Below are positions 13,440 through 26,142 of a DNA stretch of 60,000 nucleotides, in pieces. Where the stretch lies: positions 23,066,001-23,126,000 of the forward strand of contig CM059433.1 in the NCBI GenBank assembly GCA_030390025.1. Direction: 5' to 3'. Numbering within the stretch: position 1 is the first letter of the stretch; the number at the start of each line of letters is the position of its first letter. The translations under genes and the position numbers were made by a program. Below the pieces are notes generated by a model, which did not search any database, was not told the origin of the DNA, and was given only the letters and a program-made list of their open reading frames with translations. The DNA comes from Squalus acanthias. Taxonomy: Eukaryota.

Positions 13440-14670
13440 TGTGTTCAAACATGCTGAATATTGAGAGGGCTTCCTGTTCATGTACTGGTGTCATTGAGCA
13501 AGGGAGCACATAGTGCCAAGTGAGTGCAATCTATCACTACCCGAACCTCTAGGAATCCTGCCACTCAGTAAATAAGCAGTGCCATGTCATACTGCCACTG
13601 GTTATCCAACGGAGAAGATGAAATTGCTTTCAATGCATCTGTGATTTGCTTAATACATCCATATTGGCTATCATGTTAGGGATGTCCCCAGTGATAGACT
13701 GGAATGGCCTTGTAGCATAAAAGTTATGGGAAGTTGTGACCTTAGCAGTCACCAGTAGTCTGGTGCCTGTGGTGGAAAAAAGAAAGACTCGCATTTATAT
13801 AGCGCCTTTCATGACCACCTGATGTCTCAAAGCGCTTTACAGCCAATGAAGCACTTTTGAAGTGTAGTCACTGTTGTAATGTGGGAAATGCGGCAGCCAA
13901 TTTGCGCACAGCAAGGTCCCACAAACAGCAATTTGATAATGGCCAGATAATCTGTTTTTGTTATGTTGGTGGAGGTGGGCTTAGTAGTATGCAACATAAC
14001 GCAGTGATGGTTTCCTTGATAAAGCAGAGCCTCTGCAGGCACATTACTCCTCTGACTAATGCAGGTATGTGTAACCCTGGCCGTTGTGGTGTGGGAGGAC
14101 TGGGGGCTTGGTATCGTGTGCTTCCAATGCTGCATGACCAGCCTTGCAGACCTACTTCGTTCCTCTTCTTCCAAAAAGAAAATGTACAGGAGAGTTCCCA
14201 ATCGTGCCCTGTGTGAAATATTGGCAGAGGAAATGTCATCCATAGCAAATGGCACGGAGGCAGATGCTAAAGGAGTTAGCAATAATAAAACAAATAAAAC
14301 CCCATCAAAAGTGAGTCAAAAAAAACCTTTACGCTGATGCTATTAATGTCAATGCTCCGCTCTTTAAATCCTTTTCTGCCTTCTCCTTAGTGCCTAGCAA
14401 CCCTGATGCCAGTTTTATCCAGACAAGACGACAAAACAGTATAAAGGAAGTGGAAATTACAAAATGAGGCCCGTGATGTCATGATGCCAGTTTTGCTTTA
14501 TTAGCATGCAACTGACACAAAGTGGGTGGGGGCAGGAATGACAGTAGCTGATAGGGTGTCAAAAATGTGGGTGGAGATTGTGTAACTGACCCCTACCCAA
14601 TATTCCAATTGGGTTTGCCTGATATATGACTATAAATCATATAGACCCAATTGGAAAATCCAGGCTTGTG
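13440..14670 (-). pseudogene. Highly degenerate Harbinger transposase remnant, with a SINE 3' piece inserted at about 13775-13975
   Basis: CLQRLCFIKETITALCCILL aligns with CLRRLRFSKEVVTELCHLL of the intact transposase. TIR-like GAAAATCCAGGC near 14654. Confidence 0.55.
13775..13975 (-). mobile_element. 3' part of a SacSINE1/DeuSINE-like SINE
   Basis: Reverse complement matches about 35440-35610, including the TCTTTCTTT tail. Confidence 0.75.
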
Positions 14671-16739
14671 TGTCAGGAGCAGGGCGAGCATTACTGTCAC
14701 ATTAATGCATGGGGATAATGTGGGAGGTCAAGAGCCCTAGCTGTTTATTTTTTACCCTATCTACTTCAAGGATGCTGAGGCAAATTGTACCACACTGTAT
14801 GCAACCCTGGCTAAGACCAGCTAATTTAACACAGATTGTGACTTGAAACTGAAATATTCTGGTCAAAGTACTACAATCGCACAATGCATTTATGCACCAA
14901 AACCATTAAAGGCATCACATCTCAATGGTTAATAGTACTCTTTTGTTTATTTAAACTGAATTTTCGCAGCACAATATAATATGTAATCCTCGACTGCAAG
15001 AAAGTATGATTTTGTTTTTGATTTTGGGAGAGGCTAGGGAAACAAAGGACATGCTTTAAATTTTTGGGTCACATTTAGTGAAGCGATGAACCACACTAAA
15101 GTTACTTCACTGCCAATCTTTAGATAAATTACTTCAGAGCAGAATGGATCTTCCCTCCAATTCCAAGTTGATCTGAATTGAGAAAATTAACGAGCTTGTC
15201 AAACACTATCGAAATTCTCACCTCACATTTACATCCATTAGCAGCAAAAAATTGGCACCAAGTCTCCCCAGTGTGTCAGTTGATGAAGTCCCCGACCGGG
15301 ACGTAAGTTAATCATACAGACTGGGAAGCTTCCATGTTCCATAGGTTCCAGCAGTCATTCTTCACATATGTGAGGTGTTGCCATGCTGTTTGACCATGAG
15401 CCTGGATAACAGACTTCATATCCAGATTTTAAGCACAAATCACTGACTAGAAATCTTAAGTGGAAATCTTGACAGATTGGTGGTGATTTAATCCTCCCTC
15501 GCCAGGCGGGAACCCCACGGACTCCGATAGAACACCGGTTTCACACCCCGTCGGTTTTACACCCAGCCCAACATTCACTTCAGTGGAGGATAAAATCGGG
15601 GCGGGGTACAAAGCCAACGTCGTACACAATCCCGTCAGTTTCCCGATGGGCGGGTTAGGTTAATATTTCCCCACATTGTCTCTACCCCAGCCCACAACCT
15701 CTTCTCATCTCCCAGCCCAGGGACACTGTAGGCAATTGTAACATCCCCACCTCTGCTCTGGCTGAGGCCACTGCATAAACTTAAATACTGGAAAGTGACA
15801 CTCTAAAATCCTCTGATGCATTACCTGACAAACCACCGTTTACATATGTCAAGTAAAGAAGGTTTATTAAATCGATATGCAATCTACGTGCTACAGCAGC
15901 ACCCAATCTGTTAGTGAAGGCACGGACACCCTACAATACTGCAGCCACACACTTTATATGGTTAACAGTTTTCTGGTATAAGAAAAAGTTTTGACTCAGA
16001 AGTGATGAAAGTTTTAAGCAAACATTCAATAAAAGTCTGTATTTACACAGCTGAAAAGCCAAATGAGTAACTTCATTATTGGCTATAATTCTACAGAAAT
16101 GACAGAGACACAGGACTTTGGATAATGGCATCATTACAAGGATGCTCCACAGGGACAGACCAACAGAACTGGCATATTAATCACAGCGCCATTCTGGGCT
16201 GGCGACTCGAGGACTCTAAGGGGGCCTGACTCGTGGCTGTGCAGGGGAGCGTGGCAGGTGGCAGACTTGGGAATTGAGCTTACTGATGAGAGACAACCTG
16301 CTCAGCTAACGGTGCCCAGTCAACTTTTGTACTTTCACGCAAGGATGTAATGTTCCTCTGCAGCTGGTCAAGGCCAGTTTGTAAGAATAAAAACTATTCC
16401 AGTGTCCTGAGACCATGGGCATTTCCTATGCTGAGGAGCTGCTATTACAGTCCCCACCACTTATATCACCCACGCTTATGGCAGGCAACCATCTAACGCA
16501 GGCAATTTCCCATAACTGTTATCCATCACCACAGAAGTCAATTACAAAGGTGACATTTACAAAATATTACGTGCACCGGCTATTTCGGGCAATTCACTTT
16601 ACTTTAATTACTTAATCCTCCCTACTTACCGTTTTAAAAGCACTGCTGATTTCAGGCAAATTGAAGTGTTAATTAAATGTCTTTCAGCTTGTACTGCTAA
16701 CTGTTCACAGCACCTAACTGACAGATGAAATTTACCACC

Positions 16740-17472
16740 AAGAAGTGTGAAGTGATACATTTTCAAAAGAAGAATGAGGAGAGGCAATAGAAACTAAATG
16801 GTACAATTTTAAAGGGGGTGCAGTGACCGAGAGACCTGGGGGTGTATGTACACAAATCATTGAAGGTGGCAGGACAAGTTGAGAAGGCTGTTAAAATAAA
16901 TATGGGATCCTTGGCTTTATAAATAGCGGAATAGAGTACAAAAGCAAGGAAGTTATGCTCAACCTTTATAAAACACTGGTTAGGCCTCAGCTGGAGTATT
17001 GTGTTCAATTCTGGGCACCACATGTTAGGAAGTATGTCAAGGCCTTGGAGAGGGTGCAGAAGAGATTTATTAGAATGGTACCAGGGGATGAGGGACTTCA
17101 GTTATGTGGAGAGACTGGAGAAGCTGGGGTTGTTCTCCTTAGAGCAGAGAAGGTTAAGAGGAGATTTAATAGAGGTGTTCAGAATCATGAATGGTTTTGA
17201 TAGCGTGAAGAAGGAGAAACTGTTTCCAGAGGCAGCAAGGTCAGTAACCAGACGACACGGATTTAAGGTGATTAGCAAAAGAACCAAAGGCGACATGAGG
17301 AAACATTCTTTACACAGCGAAAGAGAATTGGATATATACTGGAAGGGGAAAAATTTACAGGGCTCTGGGGAAAGAGCAGGGAAGTGGGGTTAATTGGATA
17401 GCTCTACCAAAGAGCCAGCACAGGCACGATGAGCCGAATGGCCTCTTTCTGTGCTGTATCATTCTGTGATTT
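16740..17472 (+). mobile_element. CR1 3' fragment
   Basis: [17 protein letters not shown] and RLRGDLIEVF motifs; ATTCTGTGATT tail. Confidence 0.88.
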
Positions 17473-17634
17473 TACTTCTCCTTGGTCTGTTTTATTTTTC
17501 ACTCTTTTTCCTCATTCCCATTATTCTAATTTTTATTTTAAAACTTTATTTTAACTTAATATTTATCTAACAGTACACCCAATTTTAACTGTTTTCTTTA
17601 ACAATATTAAATATGGTTCTAAATGTGGAGTATT

Positions 17635-17845
17635 CATTCCTGTAGATAGGAAATTTTAAAGATGTTTGAATATAGAAGATTAAAGGGTGATCTAATTGAG
17701 ATGTTTAAGATGATTAAAGGATTTGATAGGGTAGATAGAGAGAAACTATTTCCTCTGGTGTGGGAATCCAGGACAAGGGGGCTTAGCCTTAAAATTAGAG
17801 CTAGGCCGTTCAGGGGTGATGTCAGGAAGCACTTCTTCACTCAAA
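17635..17845 (+). mobile_element. Short CR1 fragment
   Basis: RRLKGDLIEMFKMIKGFDRVD...HFFTQ. Confidence 0.8.
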
Positions 17846-18176
17846 GCTCTGTGTACTTTCAGTATCTCTTTACAATTCTTCTGCTTGCAGCACAAGGTTG
17901 CTTTTAATTAGTGGGACCAAACTTGCACAGATAAGGGCCCCAAACAATTCCCGCCACAATCACGCCTGGAGATCACACTGCTGTAAGTGACTGGGATTGA
18001 TTTTATGCACATAATTTGTATTTTGTAACTATCCTCCACTCACTGCATTTTGCTGGAGAAATAATCCCGCTTTTATCGGGAGAAGTTGCTGCAGTTTCGG
18101 TCATGAATTCTGTTTGCTGCAGACTCTTTTTAAATAAACTTTGTTTGCTCTGCTGTTTGCTGAGTAAATAAATATA

Positions 18177-18884
18177 GAGGCAGAAATTCCGGTCCCTACG
18201 GGTGTGTACTCACTGTGTACTCACCCGTAGGGCCAACAGAAATGTCGGTTTTAGGCATGCACTGCGCATGCGCTGGAAACCGGCATTTCCGATCTGTCAA
18301 GAAAGCTCGACAGATCCTCTGGCTGCACTGGAGCAGGGCCTCTGCGGGTGGAGAGTTCCGCTTTTTGGAGACGCTCCGCCCGCAGAAAACACTTACAATT
18401 CTTGCAGCCTGTAAAAGCAGGCACAAGGTCTGCTTTTACCAGGCTAAGAGTTGAAGAAAGTTAAAAAAAAAATTTCCCACTGATTTATCATTTAAAAATA
18501 CTTTAAAGAAAGGTAAGTTTATTTTTAGCCCCATTAAAAACTTCAATTATTTTTTTCAAAAATTTAAATTTTTGTTTAAAGTAGTTAATTTATGTAATTT
18601 ATAGTCATTTTAAAAATGTGATTGTTTTTTAAAAATTTATTTGAAGTTTTACTTATGTTTTGGGGCCGATCTCTATTCATAGATTTGACAGGTCTTCCTG
18701 TCAAATCTATGAATGGAGATTCCCTGCTCTGATTGGCTCCCCATGGCCCACGTGATCCCAGGGATGCTGCGAACTACCTGCGCCCCTGGGATACGCGTGC
18801 CCTGCACACCGGCAGTTTGAAGAGGCACAGCAATGGAACTCTGCGCCTCCCGGGAGCCCTCCGGTCCAGGCGGAGATTTTTCCA
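18177..18884 (+). mobile_element. MITE family A, right end lost at the adjoining L2
   Basis: Left TIR GAGGCAGAAATT; homologous to 30393-31135, 37651-38414 and 47946-48721. Confidence 0.8.
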
Positions 18885-19750
18885 AATCGCAGCCCTCCCC
18901 AGCCTCTGATTTGTCACGCTGCTTGTCCGACATCCAATATTGGATGAGCAGAAATTTCCTCCAATTAGATGTTGGGAAGACCGAAGCCATTGTCTTTGGT
19001 CCTCAACACAAATTCTGATCCCCAGCCACCGACTGCGTCCCTCTCCCTGGCCACTGTGTGAGGTTGAACCAGATCGTACGCAACCTTGGCATCCTATTTG
19101 ATCTTGAGCTGAGCTTCCGTTCCGATATCCTCTCCATCACCAAGACTATCTAACTCCTCCTACATAACATCTCTCGTCTCTGTCCCTGCCTCAGCTCATT
19201 TGCTGCAGAAACCCTCATTCATGCCTTTCTTACCTCTAGACTCGACTATTCCAATGCTCTCCTGACTGGCCTCCCATCTTACACCCTCCGTAAACCTGAA
19301 CTCATCCAAAACTCGCACCGAGTCCCGTTCGCCCATCACCCCTGTACTCGCTGACCTACATTGGCTCGCTGTCTGGCAACACTTTTGATTTTAAAATTCT
19401 CATCCTTATTTTCAAATCCCTCCGTGGCCTCACCCCTCTCTATCTCTGTAACCTCCTCCTGCCCTACAACCCCCCAATATATCTGCACTCCTCCAATTCT
19501 GGCCTCTTGCACATCCCCAATTATAATCGTTCCACCATTGGCGACCGTGTCTTCAGTTGGGAGGCGCTAAGCTCTGGAATTCCCTCCCTAAGCCTCTCTT
19601 TCCTCCTTTAAGATGCTCCTTAAAACCTACTTCTTTGACAAAGTTTTTGGTCACCTGTCCTAATATGTCCTTATGTGGCTCGATGTCAAATTTTGTTTGA
19701 TAACGCTCATGTGAAGCGCCTTGGGACATAAATGCAAGTTGCTTTTGTAG
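18885..19750 (+). mobile_element. L2 LINE 3' fragment
   Basis: CLSDIQYWMSRNFLQLDVGKTE motif, SRLDY motif and L2 tail AAATGCAAGTTG. Confidence 0.88.
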
Positions 19751-20367
19751 TCACACATACATACACTCAACTTCACTAATATCACTGAAAATGCCATTCA
19801 ATGGAAGTACTAACTTGAATTAAGATTTTTACGTTTTGTTCTCTTGTGTTTTCTTGGGAATGGTAGAACAGACTCCTATCACACACGGTGTTCCCAAGCA
19901 AGCCAATACCTCCCAGCAATGTGTCATTATCACTGCCACTGCCAAGCACCAGCACAGCTTCACAGAAGCTGGAAGATCCTGATGACAAAGATGAGGAGGT
20001 AACACCAGGGCCCTAATTTTATCTTCGGGTTTTAAGTCCAGTAGGAGCGCCTGTCCTGAATGCTCACATTGCTGCTTTAGGGACCTTGGGCTCAGCTCTC
20101 AATCAGGCTGGCTGTGGGCGGGAAACCTACAGAAAAAAATGTAAAGACGTCCTGCAGTTAAAAACTGCAGCACGGTCAGGAAACCCGTACTTCCAGGTTT
20201 CGCAAGCTCAAAACAGCTCCCCCACACGGAGCGCGCCTCCGAGCGAAAATCCAGGCCAATATCTCTGTCAGACAGATTTCCACATCTTGAAGCTGTACCA
20301 TGCAACATTTTATCTACCACTGCAGGACAACAGGATGCTTCAATAGGAAAGTTGTGCACCACCTAAC

Positions 20368-20530
20368 CAGTGTTCCCTCAAATTTTTATGTTTGGTGCGT
20401 GGTCCCTTTAAATTTGTCGCGCAGCCGCGCATGCGCGGTATCTTTTCCCGCAGAACAGCTGGTGAGCAGCCTGCGCGGGACCTTTCGATTGTTGCCGGGG
20501 ATGTGGCTGCGCAGCTTAGGGGGAATGTTG
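20368..20530. mobile_element. hAT-type MITE
   Basis: TIRs CAGTGTTCCCTC / GGGGGAATGTTG, 8-bp TSD CACCTAAC/CGCCTAAC, paralog at 53881-54046. Confidence 0.8.
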
Positions 20531-22639
20531 CGCCTAACCCTTGCAATGAGCTATAATACGCTCAAATAGCTTAATTACATCTTCAGTGCTGTATGGCATG
20601 GAAGCCACATCCCCTGAATTGCAATTTGGTAACATGCATGAAATAGATGGGAAATGTGCACTGCTCCATACTCCTGAAATTACTCAGTGTTACTCCTCGA
20701 ATAATTGGTAGGCTATTGTGGCTCAAGCTCATGTCTGGGAAGAACCTGCTAAACCTTCGAAGTAAGATCCCTATACACTCCAGGAGCTGTGTGACAACAG
20801 GAATTATAAGAGCCCTAGGCATGGCCTGATCTGCTTTCCTTATGTACAATATAATTGTCCCTCTCTTGGTCACCAAAGTGTCTACATTCATAGTTCACTG
20901 TTCAGAAGAGATCAAAGAGAATTTATTCTCTCACCAATCTGTTCGCCTTCAATGGATTTATTCAAACCAATTGGCAGATCTCCTGCGGTGTTACAGCAGG
21001 ACTCTTTATTTTGTCAATTGTAATATTTAGCACGACACTAATAAGTGTACATAATACATTAGAAGGGCATAACATAGAAAGTAAGTAATCCTATCCTGCT
21101 GATGAGAGTATAATCAGTGACTCTGCACATTGATATTATTGCTAATGTAAAAGCAAATGATCACCTGTGAATCATTAAATGGATGCATATAATTAGAAAA
21201 TTCCATTTGCAAAGCACCTAGCTGATTTTTTTCTGTCATCAGTAAAAGATTTATGATGTACACTATGAATACTCCATTCAGCATTTGCATATGAGTGCGA
21301 ACATTGAGCCGAGCTTACACATAATAGTTACCAAAATGTTTTGGTCTACTCCTGCAGGTTTTTCAGTTGCAGCATTATCAGTGGCCATCTCAGTCCTTAC
21401 TGAATGCCGAACGCTAAGGGTTCTTTCCTTAATCAGGATTCCTAGAAGAAACTATCTTAACCTTGTGATTCAGCATAACTCTCCAGTAAATCCTGTACCG
21501 AATATTTAATTTGTCATTTAGGGCAAATCTCAATCAACTTCTCCCAAATTGGATCCTTCTTTCTTTATTTTCAATGTGCTTGTGAATAGATGCTCTCCTA
21601 TGCTCAGACAACCACAATCATCTTATCTGCAATAACTTCAGTCTTCCTGGTCTTAAGAAAAAACTGACTTCCATTTTATTCATCCAGCTTCCTTCTTTGA
21701 TCATCATTTATTTATTACAATATTTGGGATGTGGATATCCTACTCTTATGTCTGGTTTAATTCAGTAGCATATGTTGCGGAGTACTGACATGTGCCCCCA
21801 AATCCTGCATTATCTTCTTCCATTGTGGTCACTAGTTCTGAAATCCCACCTTAAAGATAACTGCTGAGCTTCATAGTAATACAGATTGCATGTATACAGG
21901 TGATCAAAGTACCCGCATCCCTGATTTTTTATGCTTCACAGTCATTTCAGTCTGTCACAAGAGATCTAACAGGAGTAGAGCCATTCCGAGGTGCAACACT
22001 ACATCCAAAGTGTCACTCTGGCATCTACTCTCCGCAGTAGACACACAAGCAGCAGAGCTTCTTACAAATTGTCTCACATGGCTGAGGTTGTGAAAGGTGC
22101 TATGAAAATTTAAGTCTTTCTTTCTTGTCAGTTTTCCAAGGGTGCAGAGTATCATTGATTGTAATCACAGATTATGCAGTACTGTGTAGAAACAATCAAG
22201 GATATAATTTGCTGAGTGTATAGATGTCACACTAAGCCTCCACCACAGTACTGACAGATATCTTAGCAGATCCCATGAATCATACATCCAACAGCAGTCC
22301 AGCATTCAAGATTTGGTCCACTCAGCTGGCAAACTGGACACTCTCCTGGGGATTCTGGCTATCCTTTTCGACCTTGGCTGATACAACCAGTAATTGTCAG
22401 AAACAACAGGGCAGAAAAATGCTACAGTACCTGCCATACCAAAATGAGGATGTTCACTGAGCAGTGTTTGATACAATGGAGTAAAATTTCTTGTGGGTTC
22501 TCCCAATCTCCCACTGTTACTTTGGCAGAAGATTGCTACAAACCCTGCAGAAATGGCAAAAATGGGCGTTTACGCCGTTTCCCTGGGATTTCTGTCAAAA
22601 GATCAGAGAATCCCCATGGTAATTCTAATCCAATGATTC

Positions 22640-22890
22640 CGGTGCCTGGATCACTCAGAGGGAGTATTGCAGTACACCCCAGAGAAGATGTTGAAGGTAG
22701 TGATAGTGTGCTGCATGCTGCCTAATATTGTCATTGAAAAAGGCATCAACATGCAGGTCACTGGTAGGCTAACACCCCTGGGGGCTGAACATGATGAAGA
22801 AAGACCAGAGGATGTGACTGCTGAGGAGGAGAAATCACTGGCAGACAGCCAGTAATAATAGCAGCTAACTGACACATTATTCAACTGAAC
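22640..22890 (+). pseudogene. Harbinger transposase C-terminal remnant
   Basis: QYTPEKMLKVVIVCCMLPNI aligns with QYSPEQVSNFVVVCCMLHNM and is followed by an acidic patch. Confidence 0.65.
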
Positions 22891-23433
22891 TCCAGCATTA
22901 GTAATATTTTAATATCCTAGGAACAGGGATGGTTGTCCCTCTGCTTGTTCCTGCAGTGTTGCAATTTACATGTTTCTTTGCTGAAGGTGTTGTCTGGCTG
23001 TTAACATAGTAGTAGCATTGGAAAACCATTTCTCCATCTAGTCTACCCTTCCAAACCAACATTCAGAATCCGTACTGTGATTCTAGAATGATTTGCCCTG
23101 GTTAGAAATTCATCCCTCATCAAAGCATTAAACACTTTGCAAACACTCGAGGAAAAACTCTCAGGTCTTTAATTTGAGGCTTCATTCCTTGTGCTTTTTA
23201 AAAATTATTGCAATTTCTAATCAACTAGGATATTACCTGATTTTATAGCTTTATTCTAAGTATAATAATAGTTAAAGAAAGGGTAGGACAAATTAAGAGA
23301 CAAATAAGGATGTCTTATAAAGGCTAAAGGAAGGAGTGTGAGAGGTACTGCATGGGCCATTCTTTATAAAAAATTGTAATAGTTGGAACATAATAGGTAG
23401 AAGAGGAGGATACGCAGCAATTGGACACGTACC

Positions 23434-24754
23434 AGGCTGGATTTTGCCAGCCCCTGGGGAGGCAGGTTTGGAGGCGGGACTGCCGGGAAAATGGCAGAAT
23501 TTGGGGGCGGGTGCCCAACCTGCCCCCAACCCGCCTCCATGCCATCTTGCCAGGAGGCGGGTAGCTGTCCCGCGCTGGGTCCCGTCTCCTTGGAGGCGGA
23601 AAGGGATTAAAGCCACTTAACTGCCTGTTAACAGGTAGTTAACAGGCAGATAAGAGGATTATCCCCATTTTGCCCTCACAAGTGCAGGCTTCCCGAAGGC
23701 TCCGAAACCCGCCAGGGTCACCGAGGCGAGTAGTGGGTCTGCGGGGGTCGGAGGGGTGCAAAAGTGCGCTGTGAAGGTAAGTGATGGGTGCAACTGTGGA
23801 GAGGTGAGTATCTGAGATAAGTGCAAAGTGTTAGAAAAAGTGTACTGACCTTTGTTTCTTCCTGCAGGCTTCAATCGATGGGTATGCGGAGAGTCTCGCA
23901 CATCCGCGGTAGAGATGACAGATGGCTGTTGCATTCTCCAATGCTACAACCATCTAATTTCTACAAAAGAAAGATGTTTGATGAGGTCTTGAATTCAAGA
24001 ATTCATCAAACTACAGAGAATGTCAGTGTTTGACAGCTTCACAGAGCTGCCTCAGAGCGCTGGCGAAGCTCATGTGATGTCAGTCAGCAATGGAACACAG
24101 TCACAATGGCGCCGGCCAGTTCTTAAAGGGGAGGGTCGATCTTGCTCTACATCCACACCCTGCTCATTGCAGCCTTGAATCTCGGCCTGGAGAGACCTGT
24201 ACATCAAATCTGTTGGAAAGAACAATGGAGAGGCCCAGGAAAAGAGCTCAGATTGCAGCCCCCATATTCTCTTCTAATTCGATGCAAGGAAGATCAAACC
24301 AGAAAGAACCTGCAAAGTGCTGCTCAGTACCCAAAACTCCTCAACACAGCTTTGAATATCTCCTGCAGTCTCTCTCTCTCACTCAGAATGCGTGGTGCAA
24401 AAATTTCGCTGACAAAAAAAGCAGGAAGCAGTCGCCTTTAAATAGCGCTCCCCCAGTCCCTTCCTGACTACAAAATGCTCCCCTCAACCTATCGTTGCTA
24501 GCAGCAGGCGGTAAAACAGGGGGCACCACTCAATATCTGGTCCAGGGCGCTACCAGGGCGTTGCGCACTCGACTGACGTCACGATCGGCCGGCGCAGAAG
24601 ATCGTGGCGGTAGTGTTTAGCGCCGCCGCAAAATGTCTAGTTAATTTCGTGAGCGGCGCAAAGATCGCGGCGCATGGGCACTAGTTGCTTTGCGCCCCAT
24701 TAGCGCCCTATTAAGGCGCTAGCGGGAGGCGCAATCCAACTGAATTTTTCCCCC
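23434..24754 (+). mobile_element. Chimeric non-autonomous Harbinger: family B left arm, Myb 5' stub, and right arm of the autonomous family
   Basis: 23434-24070 matches 32167-32800, 24105-24250 matches 42555-42700, and 24370-24754 matches 46190-46568. Ends in GAATTTTTCCCCC. Confidence 0.75.
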
Positions 24755-25924
24755 ATTGGGTCCTGATGGCATGTATTCTCGATTGTTGAGGGAAATCAAA
24801 GAGGAACAAGCAGATGCTTAGATATGAAAGTTGTCTCAGAAAACTGGAGGGTTGCAAATGTAACATCTCTGCTCAAAAATGAACAAAGAGAGAAATGTGG
24901 TAGTTGTAGACTAGTCAGCCTAACATCAATAGTGGATAAGGTTTTGGAAGCCATTATACAGGATAAAATTAATATTCATGTAGCAAGAGAATGATTGATT
25001 AAGGGCAGCCAGCATAGATTCATAAAAGGCACGTCATATTTGATTAATTTAATAGAGTTCTTTAAGGAAATAACAGTGTATTAACATAGGCAATGCAGTG
25101 GATGTAGTGCATGTGGATTTTCAAAAGATGTTCAATACAATGCCTCATAAGAGATCTGTTGATAAAATTAAGGTGTACAGTGTTAAAACTAATAGTGCAG
25201 CATGGATAGGAAGTTGGTTTTAGACAGAAAATAGAGAGTAGTGGTTAATGGATGTTTTTCAGACTACAGAATGTAAACAGTACTGACCCCCAAGGAATCA
25301 GTGTTGGGGTCATTGCTTTTCTCAATAACATATAATTGAAAAGCAAAATACTGCGGATGCTGGAAATCTGAAATAAAAACTGAAAATACTGGAAATACTC
25401 AGTAGGTCAGGCAGCACCTGTGGAGAGAGAAACAAAGTTAATGTTTCGGGTCGATGACCTTTCATCAGAGCTGGAATATATAATTGAACAGGACTTGGGC
25501 ATAGGGGGCACAATATCAACATATTCAGGTGACACTAAAATATGGCATGTGCTTAAAAAGGACCTTAACCAACTTTAGAAGGACATCAATAGGTTAGTAA
25601 AATGTGAGATCATATATTTTAGAAGGAAAAATAAGTGGAAATATATACTAAATGTAAAATCTTAAAAGGAGTAGAGGAGCACAGAGACTTCAGGGGCTCA
25701 GATACACAAATCTTTAAAAGTGAGGACAGATGTTAGAAAGCTGGAAAAAAAAGCATTTCAGATCCTAGCTTTTATAAGTACAAAAGCAGAGAAATAATAC
25801 TATATCTCTATAAATCATTTGTTAAGACATGGTTAGAATATTATGTCCAACTTTGGGTGCCTGAGTTTAGGAAAGATGTAACCGTCAGGAAGAGGATACC
25901 AAAGAGATGATACCAGGAAACAGA
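24755..25924 (+). mobile_element. Old degenerate CR1 ORF2, continuing at 29038-29165
   Basis: GPDG, SQHRF, DFQK and PQGSVLG remnants. The reading MIPGNR/GFSYE continues across the Harbinger insertion. Confidence 0.75.
25341..25477. mobile_element. Short Penelope-like retroelement fragment
   Basis: TGCGGATGCTGGAAATCTGAAATAAAAAC...TTTCATCAGAG, flanked by the 11-bp direct repeat ATATAATTGAA (25330, 25478). A related piece lies near 50350-50450. Confidence 0.6.
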
Positions 25925-26142
25925 GGGCTATAAGTTGGTTAGCCCCCGAAAACGGGCGCGGGGATCACGATGCACGATTAACCCACCCCCGTTGAGCAGA
26001 ATGCAGGCAGCACGCCAACAAGCTGTTCATTGGCTGCACTTCTTAAAGCTAGCCTGCACCTCTTAAAGGGGAGGTGCAATGTGGCTGCAGCAGGTGCTGG
26101 GAGTCATTCTGCAACTGAACCTGACCTGGGAAAGAGAGATCA

